Source: Neoechinorhynchus agilis (lineage: Eukaryota; Animalia; Acanthocephala). Taken from it: a stretch of DNA of 64,000 nt. Shown here one piece after another: positions 12,043-25,200 of this stretch (the first letter of the stretch is position 1; the number at the start of each line of letters is the position of its first letter). Location of the stretch: positions 14,647,480 through 14,711,479 of the forward strand of contig CM121342.1 in the NCBI GenBank assembly GCA_051530055.1. The letters are read 5' to 3'. Below the pieces are notes generated by a model. The model searched no databases. It was not told the origin of the DNA and worked only from the letters and a program-made list of their open reading frames with translations. The position numbers and the translations under genes are program-made.

Positions 12043-13595
12043 TCGATGTTTCTGGACTAGCCTATAATATGTATCTTTTCTGTTAACGATCTTGTTAATT
12101 CGCAGTTCCATACACTCACGGTCATCAAACTCACCCATCCACACCAGAGAGAGAGAACGCACGCAAGTGTTCATCGTTCGGTTAGCTGCGTGCGCGTGCG
12201 AGTATCTGAACCACCTTGAATTAAAAAGGAAACGAAGAATTGTCTTCGACGATTTCGACGGCGGATGGGCAAAATGTCTTTTTTTAAATGGAACAAAACG
12301 GAATCGGTCTTTTTATTGGCATAAAAATTGTACTTAGATGCGTTTTCGTATTAATCTCTAACCATGAACATTAGTGATCTAGCGCTATACTTTAAACAAT
12401 TTCTTAAATTTGAACTGCCATCCATATAGTGGTTAGCGCATGAATCGGAAACTCAGAAAAATAAGATGCGAAATGCTTCATATCGACCAATTGGGAACAC
12501 TTTTTGAATTCGGAACTCTTAAAAAAACAATTCACGCAAAGAAGACAATGCATTCTTCAAAATTACTTATTGGCCGCCGATCGTGGTAATTGCAATGATG
12601 AACTAGGAAATTCTCAGGCGATTTCAAATTTCCCGAGAAAATCTCATGATACAAGAGTCCATTTGGCGCAAGTTATTCAAAATAAAACTAACGGCAGTTG
12701 ATATTTACAAAATCGCTTAAAGTATAATACTGATACGGCGGGGAAGGTTCGTTAATCATGCAGAAAACTATAGCCCAGAACTCTCTGTTCAATGAAAAGA
12801 TACTCAAGTAACCGACGATAACTTGCTAAAAGCATTTGCTCGTCTCCTGACAAATATGTCCACATCATGCCACCATCTAAAACTCGATGAATCAATCAAC
12901 AACCACCTACTTGAAGAATCCCTTAGTCGTCATCTTTTGTCTGATCGATTTAGCCATCCTGTTGAATTTGTACTTGTTGTGTTCGCGATGGTCACATCCA
13001 TTGCCGAGGAGAAATCACTTTCAGCTAAGCGTTTTATATTAATCAAATATTTCTAAGATTTATTTTCTAATTTTTAGTTTCTTTATACCGCTTGACTTTT
13101 CGAAAAAGTTTGTAGATAGTCAGATTTGTAGAACTTAATGTCTTGACCTGAATATCTTGCCCCTTTTCACAGAGATAAGTGTGGCGGCATATGCAATAGG
13201 AGTTTCTTGACCGATTTTTGCAACTCACATTTGTACGCCTCACTGAAAACTCTGACATTTTGATAGGTATAAAAAATTTGTTTAATTTCTCAGTCTTGCA
13301 AGAAGACTAGATTTTTTCGCGTAAACATTTTCCTTTTCTAAAATAAAATATTCAAAACGTAATGAAAGTCTTGTAGGGCAATCTTTACACGATGTAAATA
13401 TAGGCTAATATCGACCCGGATACCCAAAAAATAGAAAAGTGCAACCAAAGATTCCTTAGCGTCATAATCATCGTTTTTGCTGATTTAAAAAATAGCGACA
13501 TCTATAAGCTTTTATTGATACAAAATGATTTTTTTTTCGCACTACATTATTATTTCTCCCTCGTTTTCTGTATAACACACTGAGTTATCATGTAG

Positions 13596-14483
13596 TCACT
13601 GCTCATCGGATGATCCAGATCTCCATTGAAGAGAGTCAAGAATATGAGCGACGCCAGCATCAACAACTCCACTTTTGCAAGTGGTCTTCTTCAATCCACT
13701 GCTATCCCCCAGCCTGTCCACTAACTCCAATTTTTCTTCATTCTGATCTTCTCCATTGGCTAAACAAGATTGGTGACACGTCCTACCTTGGCATTTATCA
13801 ATCATCACGGTCGCGTTCTCTTCGTTTTTATCTTCGCTTAGAATCATACTTTGATAGTGCTGGGTTGATCGCTTTTTCCAGTAATTCCTGAGCATCAATG
13901 GTGCCAACAACGAAACGCAAAGAAGATACAGAAATAAAGAGAAAGTTGGTTTTGCTTGGAGCATCGGTACCTCAACTCCTTTGCCACCATCGTCTTCGAT
14001 GCTGCAATCGGTGCAGTCCATCGCAAGCAACGCTCTTTTGTTTAAGAGATTCACGAGTGATGACTGCGAGGATCTGGTGGCTAGGGCGGTCACGCAAATT
14101 CGATAGGATTTGAATTCGAAATATGAGAGGTGATTTGGACTGGTGAAAATTGAACCGAGTTGAAAGGAAAGCGTTTTTCGAAATTCTTGGAATATTACCT
14201 TAGTAATACCGTGATGAGGATCATCTACGCTGTTCACGTATACTATCGCAGCGATTCGAGAAGTTTTCGTTGGCGCATCGGGGATTATCATTTTGCAAAC
14301 AAAATCCGAAATTCCACTATGGAATTCACAATAAAGGTTAGCAAACTCACTTGAGTTAGTATAGCTTTTTGCTGCTTCATTTTGATGATTTGGCTTTGTT
14401 CGGAAAGCGAAGATGAGGGGGAAAAGAAGAGATGTTATAGCTGATAGCATAGTCACAGAATTTAGAAGACGAAAGCGCTTCAT
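13596..14483 (-). CDS. Orphan type I membrane protein (signal-like N-terminus, possible FN3-like ectodomain, TM, cytoplasmic tail)
   Basis: 295-aa ORF; hydrophobic N-terminus; SYRICVTAL strand-like motif; TM FSLFLYLLCVSLLAPLML followed by RNYWKKR. Confidence 0.6.
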   Translation of the reverse strand: MKRFRLLNSVTMLSAITSLLFPLIFAFRTKPNHQNEAAKSYTNSSEFANLYCEFHSGISDFVCKMIIPDAPTKTSRIAAIVYVNSVDDPHHGITKVIFQEFRKTLSFQLGSIFTSPNHLSYFEFKSYRICVTALATRSSQSSLVNLLNKRALLAMDCTDCSIEDDGGKGVEVPMLQAKPTFSLFLYLLCVSLLAPLMLRNYWKKRSTQHYQSMILSEDKNEENATVMIDKCQGRTCHQSCLANGEDQNEEKLELVDRLGDSSGLKKTTCKSGVVDAGVAHILDSLQWRSGSSDEQ

Positions 14484-15263
14484 GAACTAGTACGCCACTT
14501 AGTTGTACGACATGTCTGATTAGTATTGACGAGGAAAAGAGAAGCGCAATTGATACCCAACCGTGCTTTTCTTCACTTACATCGTTGTGGTCTAATGTGG
14601 AACTCACGATAAGCAGTGGGGAAACAGGAGGCAAATATATCGCCTGGAGACAAATGCTGAAAGTGTGATCGCTGCATAAGTGTAAACGGATATCGAGCGA
14701 AAGATAACCTCGAAAAGGGATTTGCATTCATGAACGTTTAAATTCGCTCAAACAATTTTTCTATTGACTTTCAAGTTAAGTCGTTACAATTTAGTCGAAT
14801 TTGCCATTTTACGTCTTTCTTCTTTAATTAGAGAAAATATTGTGAAGGAGAGCGACTAGAACAATTATGCAATTATGAAAACCGTACTTTTTTAACATGT
14901 ATTTCTTATATTTGGTTCGAATTATCAACAAGCTTATATAGATTATCAGTCTGCCGCAATTGACACGATGGTATTATGGTCAATGGCGTAAATTATCAAT
15001 ATTTATATAGTGAATGAAACTGCAAATCCAATGCTCGGTCTAAATGAATCGATATAGTCACTTTTATTTTTCTTGTTATAAACACTATCTTAAGCGCAGT
15101 ACAGTGCTTCATAGTGTAAAATTTAGATGAGAAGAAATCGCTCACAATGTGTGTTCAATTAGAAATGATTATCTTTTAAGTCTAAATCAAAAGGATATCA
15201 TGTTTACTAACAGTTGACAAATTAATCGTTTTTCCAACTTGCAAGATCAACTTGAGTTCTTTT

Positions 15264-15929
15264 TCATTTAGATTTTCTAAGAAGGCAAACACTTCCCATG
15301 AGAATTGAAGTTAGCACGTATTCTTTTGTCTTAGTCCAGTTCTGCCACAAGGCTCGTTCAAAACCGTCCACAGTCCTGCACAGAACAAATTCAAAATCAT
15401 CATGCTTAACATGCCTAAGCTCCGTATCAATAACTGTACTTTGGACTATATTCTTCATCACATTTACGTTTCCTTCAGTTTTCAATAGGTGCACCATCAT
15501 GCCCAACAGGTTACTTGGGTAAAGAAGCTTCCCTACGTGAGGTCGATAGTTGGCATCAACATAATCAATGATGGCAGGTTCATCGAAAATCTTAATAATA
15601 ACATCCGGCCCGACTTCGTTCACAAGACGATTGATGTCTTCGACCAGTGTCGTTAGAATCACGCGCTCTTCTTCGTTTATAACCCAACTGAAATTCAATC
15701 TAACGAATTGGCGGCAAATATACCTCATCTTTTCCACTTCCATCTCATTGAATCCATGGCCATCATTTATGAGCTTCTTGATTTTATCCATGAGCGGACT
15801 CGTGTACAGTGAACAACGTTTAGTTTCGTCGATACCCTTTGTGTGTTTCAGTTCCATATGAGTCATGCCAGGAAGGAATAACTTTCTTTGTATCCGAGGT
15901 GTTTTTTGCTTTCTAAAAGGAAATGCCAT
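15264..15929 (-). CDS. Orphan 221-aa tail-anchored protein, possibly a divergent Bcl-2 fold
   Basis: Intronless ORF; C-terminal hydrophobic tail plus RKSK; BH3/BH1/BH2-like motifs at Bcl-2-like spacing (by eye only). Confidence 0.5.
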   Translation of the reverse strand: MAFPFRKQKTPRIQRKLFLPGMTHMELKHTKGIDETKRCSLYTSPLMDKIKKLINDGHGFNEMEVEKMRYICRQFVRLNFSWVINEEERVILTTLVEDINRLVNEVGPDVIIKIFDEPAIIDYVDANYRPHVGKLLYPSNLLGMMVHLLKTEGNVNVMKNIVQSTVIDTELRHVKHDDFEFVLCRTVDGFERALWQNWTKTKEYVLTSILMGSVCLLRKSK

Positions 15930-17039
15930 TTCGCTTGAAATTAATACTAAGCAAATTCAAAAGAAAAATGGGAAAACACTGGTGGCTCGTGGTTACAAGA
16001 GAACCCGCTAAAATATCGCATAACTCTCACCATTATATGCCCTGATGCTACACTTGAATTTAAAGAAGAAATGCTGCTGGGAACCACAATGGTAGTTGCT
16101 GGGAGCAGCTATAAATTTCGGTCTAAGCAGTTGAAGAAATGAGGCGTGTAAGGAACACATAAATGACAATGAGTTTGACACTTTTGTGTTCCCACTCGTT
16201 AGAACTCAAGTTATTTTTTGGGACTAAATTTTCTCTCATCAAACATCTATTTTACTCCGTTCGCCAGAAGCATTCCTGTTATTTTTTCTGAAAATTAGGT
16301 GACTTAAAACTTCGTGTAAACGATAATCAACTTATAATTTATTCCATCTATATAGTCAAACGTAGAAACCCCGTTTTGCTAAGATCAGTGACTTCATTTA
16401 CTCGTCGTCTATAATTTGATAGTAAGTGACAAGCTTCAGGAATAGTGGAGAGCGATCCTTTTACGGTAATTCGCTGCCCCTTTTCAGCCAATAAGGACGT
16501 AAACTGATGTTTTACCTAAGCGATGAGCGATGAAATAATATTGCGTTCGAGCAAAACAAAAATTCAGAACTACTATTTTCTTCTGACAATAACGCGTACT
16601 CTAATCCAGCGACGACTGTTCGTCGTTAAGTAACACTTACAATGAGTTTATGTCTACAGGATATTATACCAAACAAAATTTCCTGGCATTTTACAAGTTT
16701 TCAAGATGACTCGAACAATAATTAGTGAAAAAATATTGCATTATCGACAAAAATGTACAAATTCTTAAATACACTATAATGTCGGAAAATACCATATGGA
16801 GTGCTCTTCTTGCTTATTGGAAGGACAAAAGCTTTCAAATAGAATTTGCGCTTGAGTGGATGTAAACTCGTTTCGCAAAAATAGATTTTCAATTAGTTGA
16901 TAGAATTATATTTACATTTCAGCAGGATACAAATCAGGAACTATTTATGTTTGCTTTTCTAAAAATATTAAACCTCAAACTAAGAAAAGTCACGAACTAT
17001 TCAGTTCATTAAGCTGTCTAAGCAGCTCTTCAAATTTGC

Positions 17040-17400
17040 TTTGATAAATAGTTCATTGCCTAAAACGTGTTTTATACCCCTTCACTTACCGCCAGGACCG
17101 CATCCTACGATTCGTAAAAATTCTCCGGTTCAAGAGCACACTGCTCTAAAAACTCTGTTATTTCTTGAATACGGTCTACATACGGGGCGCAATGATTTAT
17201 TAGTATTAGTTGTAGAGAGCAATCGAGTTGCTAAAAACTGCGAGTTACCGGGTTATGTGATTGAAATTATTGTTTAGAAATCTACACCCTTTAAATGATT
17301 AAACAGACTGATGATGAACCCGATGAGGTTCGAAACGTCTTTAATAAATAATCATTTACCCCGGGTGAAGACTTCTAAACAATAATTCCAAAAACAATAT
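17040..17400 (+). mobile_element. PLE 3'-end relic with a hammerhead inside a long hairpin
   Basis: NSPVQEH resembles a GIY-YIG C-terminus; 17263-17289 is inverted with 17363-17389. Confidence 0.6.
17292..17358 (+). ncRNA. Type I hammerhead ribozyme, intact core
   Basis: CUGAUGA (17308-17314) U GAACC CGAUGA GGUUC GAAACGUC^ (cleavage after 17339); ACGU palindromic helix III; AAAUGAUUA/UAAUCAUUU extends helix I. Confidence 0.85.
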
Positions 17401-18189
17401 AGTTATCCAAATTTCTATTTCGTTCCTAAAATCACGAAATGAAGTAAACCGGTTATAATTGTTGCCAGTTCCTGAATCTGACTAAGGAAAACGTAAAACA
17501 GTGTTTTATCAATAAATCATATTCTTGGTTGTGTTTCAAAAGTGGATAATAATTGATGAGGATGAAATTAATGTGTGCTTAAAATGACACGAAATTGCGA
17601 CTCGGCATCATGGTCGATCTCGCGTTAAATCGTGATGAACTTTATACATCACGGTGGAGTTTCTCACATTACAACTGAACTCAAGCATCGACTAAGGAAT
17701 CCGCAAACACTCCAAGAGAAAACGACAGCGAAATTTCTCGTTCGCATCGCCCGTTAGCGTGCAGATAGCATGTAAGCCATAAAACCCTTACTGTTTCGAC
17801 GGGTTCACAACACAGTGTACAAATGAACATGATCCGCCGAAAAGAAAATTTCCGATTTTTATCGCTTAGACTTGGCGTTTGTTCTACACCGTTAGTTTTA
17901 CTGAATAAATCGCTAGCCTCTTCTAGACAACAGACGAAGCGTCAAATCGTCCGTCAAGACGTTTTTAAATGGTGAATGACTGAACTTTATTCATTATTCA
18001 GAATAAAACCACCGAGAGAAACAAGTTGGTTAACTAATGATTGCAAAACTTAAATGTGTCTAATTTTTTGTACTGTCTTCATCGGAAAACTTTAATTGTA
18101 TTGTACGACGGTTAATATGAAGCAGCAATCGGAGGGCTATCGTTTATACTTTTTAGGTTAACCATTACCTTAACTACTAATTTTTAATC

Positions 18190-20880
18190 CCATTATTAAT
18201 GAACAAACAAGAGGAATATGTACCTTTGGTCTTAGTGAACACTCGAGTCTGATAGAATAAATTAATATGGCTGTTGTTTTTGGAGTGAATTACGGGTCAG
18301 ATCGGGAATTAAGCGTTCGGTCGAATAGGAAAGTTAGTGGTTATTGTTTTTTAGGATTGGTCTTTCCTCAGGTCCATTTCGAGTTATGACATAGGAGAAG
18401 ATTGGGCAGCGAAGAAAAAGCAGAGGTAATGGCGAGTGCTGTGCTCATGTGAAAAGGGAAATAAAATGTGGTAAAATTGTGGTGGTAGAATTGAGAGTTG
18501 TTTGTTAACATTTTTACAAAGGCATTCGGGGAGCGGGGAAAATTCAACTGTGCAAATTTATGAGGTTCTTCTATGAAACGTTTCAAGGCGGCGGATTTGA
18601 GATTTGGATAGGTTGCAAAAAACGGGATAGCTGTAGGTGAGAGAGGGTAAAATTAAGCTAAGGTAAAATTTGAAAGGATCAGGCGAAAGGACTCCTAAAA
18701 GGCGGAGGCGTTTGAGGAGGTAAAATTTCAAGCTATTACGCTTGATTGAAATTTTAATGTGCGAGTCACATTTCGGATTTGAGTGAAATTAAAAATACAG
18801 AATTATGTGGTAGGTGACTCGTCGGATGTCATTTGGAAGATCTGGGTAGGATATGGGGTTGCGCAAGATTGAGGAGATCATCTGGAAGCATTTAGAGAAG
18901 TTCAGGTAGAGTCTGTGATTGGTGCAGAAATCTTTGATGTGGATGATTTCGTTAGATGTTAAGGAGAGGGAGAGGTGGGAGTGTGATTTTGTGATGAGGG
19001 TGAGATCATCGAAATATAGGAAAAGTACAGAGCTGGACGAGGAAGGTTTCAGTTCGTTTAAGGAAATATTAAAAAGAAGTGGTTACAGGACTTCACCTTG
19101 AGATACTCCTTCAGTGAGGGATACCCAGCAGTGAATGTATTGTTGGCGATTGTGAAGATATGATTCGAGCCAGCGGATCTGCCACAAGTTGGGACCGAAA
19201 TCGGAGCAGGCCCCGAGAGGGAGTAAATGGTCCACGGAGCCGAATGCTTTCGGCAAATCCGGTTGAAAAAATGGATGACGTGAGAGGGATTATTGTCGAG
19301 GTTTCGTAACAGCGTGTCATAGATGCAAAGTAGGGCATCCGTTGCAGAAAATTTAGGCCGGAAGCCGAATTGCAAAGGCGACAATTTGTTGTTGAGAAGT
19401 GGAAGAAGGTGACATTAAAAACATTTTTCGATGATTTCTGAAAGAGCGGGTTAGAAAGATATTTGACCGAAATATTTGTCAGAATTTTTTTGGGAAGAAG
19501 AATTACTTTAACAGTTTTCATGGATGCGGGGTGGATGTCGTATAAAAAGCTGGGATTTATAATGAGGGAAATAAGGTCTAGGTGTTCGGGGATGAATTTA
19601 ATTTTTCGAGGTGTTTTAGGAATTCATATGACGAAACTAAAGGGAGTATTTTTAGAGTTGGCAGAAGTGTTGGTTGTAGAAGTGAAATATTGTGTAGTGT
19701 CTGATGTGGAGCAATGATTGTAATTTGAGCCAGGGCAGAAGTTCTGATTGGTGGAGTCTAGAACACATTTCAGTTCAGAAGAGGACAAATTTGGGAAGGG
19801 GTCAGAGTTTCCTATGCCACGAGAGAGTCGTTGACGGCCGCCACCATGCTCAATTGCATCCTTAACGAATTTTGGCGGAAAGAGTTTTTTCTGGCGATAA
19901 GTACTTTGTAAGTTAGTGGCTTTTGTAAAAGGGGAAAGTCTGGAGAGTTATTTCGAAGAAGGAATTTTAAGATTAGGGGTTGTCCATGATAGGCTCCGGT
20001 TTGATAATCTAATGAACTTCTTGGGAATTGTCGAAGTTAGAGAATTTTTTATGATTGAGGTTAGGGATGGCATGGTCAAGGAAGGGTCATTTGTGTTGTC
20101 AGAGTTGAATGTTACATGTTGTCACATAGACTTCATTACTCCACGTGCAAAATGGTCTATCCCAAGACGTCCGGCCAGAATTGTGGACTCACAAGAGACC
20201 GGTTTAACAGGTTCCTAAGAATGACGGCAAAACGTTTGTGATTGAGATCAGTAAACTAGACTTCGAACAATACCCGATGTGTACGGCCGATTCGAAAGCC
20301 CTCTTCCCCAATGCCCCACCGTCTAAAGCGATTGAATAATCTGGTCAGAGTTCGCGGGGGAGGGGGTTTAAAGGCGGATGAGTAGGCGTCGATATTTGTG
20401 AACACTTTGTCGAGGTGAGCGTCAAGACGAGTTGGGAAGTCAATAAGTTGACGATACTCGGAGAAGGGTAGGAGAGGAAATAGTTTATTGAAATCCCATG
20501 TAATTAAGAAATGGTGTGAATTTTTGGAGTTTATGAGCTCCATCATAAAGTCAACTTGGCGAAAGGAGGACCTAGGACGAGAGGCAGGAGGGCGATAGAC
20601 GCTAGCAATGGTGAATTCCCCAATGTTATTTCTTAGAGGAGCTGAGAAATGGACTGCGATGAATTCTAGATCGGGGTTTTGTAGAGAGTCTGTGAGAGAT
20701 AAAAAGTATGGTACCGCTTGCCGTACGTAAATTGAGACCCCCTCCTGGGCGGTCATAGCAGTATGCATGGAAGGAATGCTATCCGGAAAGGATGGCTGAA
20801 TTGTTGTTGAAAAAGGTAAGCCACGTTTTTGCTAAGATGACCGCCGGTTTTTGAGGTAGATGAAATGAGTGAAATTTCAA
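18190..20880 (-). mobile_element. LINE copy B (APE plus RT), degenerate
   Basis: APE motifs GVSIYVR, TIASVYRPP, DFN, LDKVF; RT QFGFRP, LYFDD; stops and frameshifts. Confidence 0.9.
19038..20705. repeat. Left arm of a second, about 1.67-kb near-identical inverted repeat (partner 26737-28403)
   Basis: Coordinates sum to about 47442; mirrored ORFs 19916/27224 and 20256/26719. Confidence 0.95.
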
Positions 20881-21048
20881 CCAGTTAAAGAATGAGGCAA
20901 CGATTTTTGGTTTGGTGCATTGGGGTGGAAATTAGGGAGATTGATCTTGCTTTGGCTGACATGGATGATAAATTTAGGGACGAAGTGATACAAGTTTTAG
21001 ATCTCAAAGTACTGATAAACAAAACTGTTCATTCAATAATTCAAAAGT

Positions 21049-21525
21049 TTAATCCGATTGTTTTATTAGGTCAATTATGTAATCTTCACATTTCTTAAAC
21101 TGCTTATCGTTAATTGAATTTAAGGCGTTCCAAAGAAATTCGTGATTTATTCGTGAACCATCCAGAACAGCAACATCCTCACTAGGTAAATTCATTTTAG
21201 CAACTTTTGTAAGCAATCGTTCAGAAATAAACACTTTCGCTTGTTCAAGTTTCCCACTTTTCTTTAAAACATTAAATAAGGATTGGTCGCTTCTTTCAAG
21301 AGTTCGCCTTATCTCCATAAATTTTTTGTAGAGATCATCGTCAAAGCTTGTTTCATCAGGCTTCCTAATGGAATCCCAATTCAATTCTTTTCGAACATTT
21401 GCGATGTTGAAAAGCTCACTCCTGAAAGACGGTCGTCTAATAGGAGATGCCTCTTCATTTGGCGACAGTTCGATATCCTCAGTCGAATAAACGTCAGTTT
21501 CATCTAATTCCTCACTGGCTGGCAT
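21049..21525 (-). CDS. Unknown 158-aa protein with an acidic N-terminus
   Basis: ATG-initiated ORF with helical, protein-like composition; weak resemblance to the MPP10 N-terminus is unverified. Confidence 0.4.
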   Translation of the reverse strand: MPASEELDETDVYSTEDIELSPNEEASPIRRPSFRSELFNIANVRKELNWDSIRKPDETSFDDDLYKKFMEIRRTLERSDQSLFNVLKKSGKLEQAKVFISERLLTKVAKMNLPSEDVAVLDGSRINHEFLWNALNSINDKQFKKCEDYIIDLIKQSD

Positions 21526-22228
21526 TTCGCGATTTTCTATGACCCAAATCGAAATAAAATCGTTGTCGTAGAAACAAACACGGACGTATTCAAATCGACT
21601 TAAGAATAATATAAATTCAGAATAATATTAAGCTTAAAATGTAAATTTTACATTGTGTTATATTAAGTAGACGTGCATTAAAGAATTCAGTTAATATCGA
21701 ATGCTCCGAACCTTGCGGTATTACTAAAACATTGCAAAACGATTTTCTATCCATTAAACTTGATTTGAATCTCTCAACCCGTACGAAGTTGAAGAAAATG
21801 AAAAACAATTAATTCCCCATAAACAATTACATGTCGCTTAACAATAAATTTTGTAGCATCTCTCTGAATGATGAATTGTCTGAAATCCTTAACCACTAGC
21901 AAAATGCCATACTAAACCCGTTGAGCGATAAGTTGACTTTATACAATTATATCAGCAAATCGGTGCCATTTATATGAAGTATTGGCTAAAAACTAAAAAA
22001 ACCAAATATTCGAGCAATTTTGTCTCGAAAACCGAAACAATAACTTGGGTTGAATTGCTTCCAAAACCGCACGAAAAAAATGTCAGCTAAATACGTATCA
22101 TGTAGTAAACCATTGCGACTCTCATGAGGGGGTTGAATCTCAAAGAAATCAAATCCTTAATTGTCCTCAAGCCAATACGGTTCACGGCCGAGATCGAAGT
22201 ATAAATTTAAGATAGGCATCAGTGTATA

Positions 22229-25200
22229 TGTGATATTGAGCGTCACAATCGACCGATCTATAGTGGCGGTTTCAAGCGTGCGCACGTTCGTTTTGTTATT
22301 TCGTTTCGTTGGCTCAATAAAACATAGTTCAGGTCTAGTTCAGGCATATATTATAACAATTTATTGAGCCAACCTCCTATTCGAATTCCATGGAGAACGA
22401 AAAATCTCTATCGGACGATTCAACCAGTTCATGCCAAAGAATGAACCCCAACTTTAAAATCGAACGGTTCAATACGTTACCGCATGAAAACGGTTCGGCG
22501 AAAAGATTCAAATTGTGGAAAAGGAACCTCAAGTATCTCATACAATCGGTCAACAACAAGGATGACAAACTCGAGTACCTATTTGCCAATATTGGACCGG
22601 ATGTGTTTGAGCTTGTTGAGGAAGCCCAAAGTTTCGACGATGCGTTCTCCACCTTGGAAAAGCTCTATGTCAAAAAACCAAATGTTGTATTGACTCGACA
22701 TTTGCTCGTCACTCGCAAACAGCTGGATTCGGAGGGCATCGACCAATACGTCCTGAGCTTAAGGAACATCGCTCGTGATTGGGGCTTCAAGACATCTAGT
22801 GGAGAAGACATCAAAGATGAATCCATCCGAGATGCATTTATTTCTGGGATCAAATCGAGTAACATAAGGGGAAGATTGTTGGAAATCGAGGATTTGACCC
22901 TATCAAAGGCTATCACGATCTCGAAAAGTATCCAATGTGCGGTAGATCGTTTGGAACAATTTGATGACAGTAAAACCAGCCAATGCTTACGCAGTCTAAC
23001 CGTCGCTGATTCTACGTTTGCTGATTCTATAACTGAAAATCTGAATTGCAACGCTGCTATGGGTAGCGGTAAGAGCGAGGGATTTTCCGGTCTATCAATA
23101 TGCTTTTTCTGTGGGAATAAGCGACATCCCAGAAACCTATGTCCTGCTAACGAAGCCAGGTGTTATAACTGCCAAAATAGTGGGCATTTCGCTAAGATGT
23201 GCAGATCCAAAAACCCAATAAGGCCGAACTATCGTCCGTTTTTCTTGCTTGAACTACGTATGATGGCCCTTCGAAACCGACCTCGCTGGTAATCCCAGTA
23301 ACGATTCAAAACAAGACGTTTCAAACCTTACTCGATACCGGTAGCTCTCTCAATTTCATCGACAACAGCACCTCGAAAAAACTTAATCTTGTTTTAGAGC
23401 CTGCATGTATGAATGTTTCTATGGCATCCGGACGTGCAACAAAGCGGGCGCTAGGAAAGACCTATACCAAAGTACAGTATAAGGAGGAGAATACTGAAAA
23501 CTTAGAATTCTATATATTGCCTGACTTATGCTGTGACATTATCCTGGGCTTGCCCTTTATCAAACTACACAAGGAATTACGAGTAAAACTGAATGGAGAG
23601 GGAAACATTCTCGAATTGACAGCCGCCGTTACCGATCATACATCAAGCGAGACCATATTCAGTCCGACCCTTTTCGAAAATTTGAGCGCTGATTGCCATC
23701 GCCACGAAATCTAGATCGTATTTTGGAACGGATTTTCAATTTATCAAATCGGAGATAGGACGTATGCTTAAAGGTGATATTATAGAAACTTCAAACTCGC
23801 CATGGCGTGCTTAAGTTGTCCTCGTTAAAAAAGAAAACGCCAAAAAACGACTTGTTGTCGACTTTTCTCAAACGATAAATAGGTTTAGATACCTGGATGC
23901 CTACCCGTTACCGAAAATTGAAACCATAGTTAATGATATCGCAAAGAATACAGTGTTTAGTCAAATTGACTTGAAGGATGCATAATATCAAGTTCCGATA
24001 GACGCCAAAGAGAGAAATTATACGTCCTTCGAAGCTTGCGGAAGATTATACCGATTCAAGAAAATTCCCATGGGAGTCACGAATGGCGTGGCCGTGTTCC
24101 AACGCTTCATGAATCACATCATCGAAGAAAATAAACTCGCAAATACTTATTCGTATTTGAGCGATGTAGTCATATGTGGGAAGACCCAACAAGAACATGA
24201 TCAAAATCTTGAACGTTTCAAGGAAGCGGCGATCAAGAGAGGGTTGAGACTAAACGGCTCGAAAAGCCGATATGGACTCAAAAGAGTTTTTGTGCTAGGA
24301 TACGAAATCGGGGATGGACGATTAAGACCTGACCCTAACAGACTTAAGCCTCTCAACGACATAGCGACTTCCACCGACAAGTTCGAGTACTACAGTCGGT
24401 GGATTCCGAATTATTCGAAGAGAATTCAGCTCCTGGTATCGAATCACATAAAATTTCCCTTGTCCAATGAAATAACGATCTTGATTCAGTCCCTAAAAGC
24501 CGATATCAAAAATGCGGTGATTAATAGTATCGACGAAGGAAAAGAATTTGTCCTTGAAACAGATGCTTCGGACCTTCTTTTCGAAGACATTGAAAAAACA
24601 CGAAAAGCGATACCATATCGTCGAAAAGGAAGCGTATGCTTTAGTTGAAGCTGTGAAACACTGGAGATATTTTTTGGCCATTCGACCATTCACTGTAGTC
24701 ACTGATCAAAAATCAATCGCATTCATGATGAACCAACAACATTCAAAAAAATTAGAAACGAGCCAATCCTTCGTTGGAGGTTAGAACTATCCCCCTATAA
24801 ATATACATTGAAATATCGCGCCGGACCAGAAAATCTAGCAGCCGACGTTCTGTCACGCGATAGTTGCGCAGCAATATATGACGGAGAAAATTGTTCGAGA
24901 CTACGACGACTCCCCGAAATCCATAGAAAACTTGGTCATCCCGGTGTTACAAGAATGCAGCATTATACGAGGCAGAATAACATTGCCTTCTCTTTACAGG
25001 AAATCCGTGAAGTTATCGCCGCTTGCCCTGTGTGCTGTCGTGTTAAGCCGAGGTTTTTCAAGTCACAAGGTCTACACCTCCTCAGGGCAACAAGACCTTT
25101 TGAACGTCTATCAATAGACTTCAAAGGACCGCTTCCTCGTACGAACAATGAGTACCAATATCTACTAGTCGCCATCGATGAATATTCTAGATTCCCGTTC

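Noticed and set aside
12415-12460. TATAGTGGTTAG tRNA A-box-like fragment
   Set aside because: No B box or cloverleaf follows.
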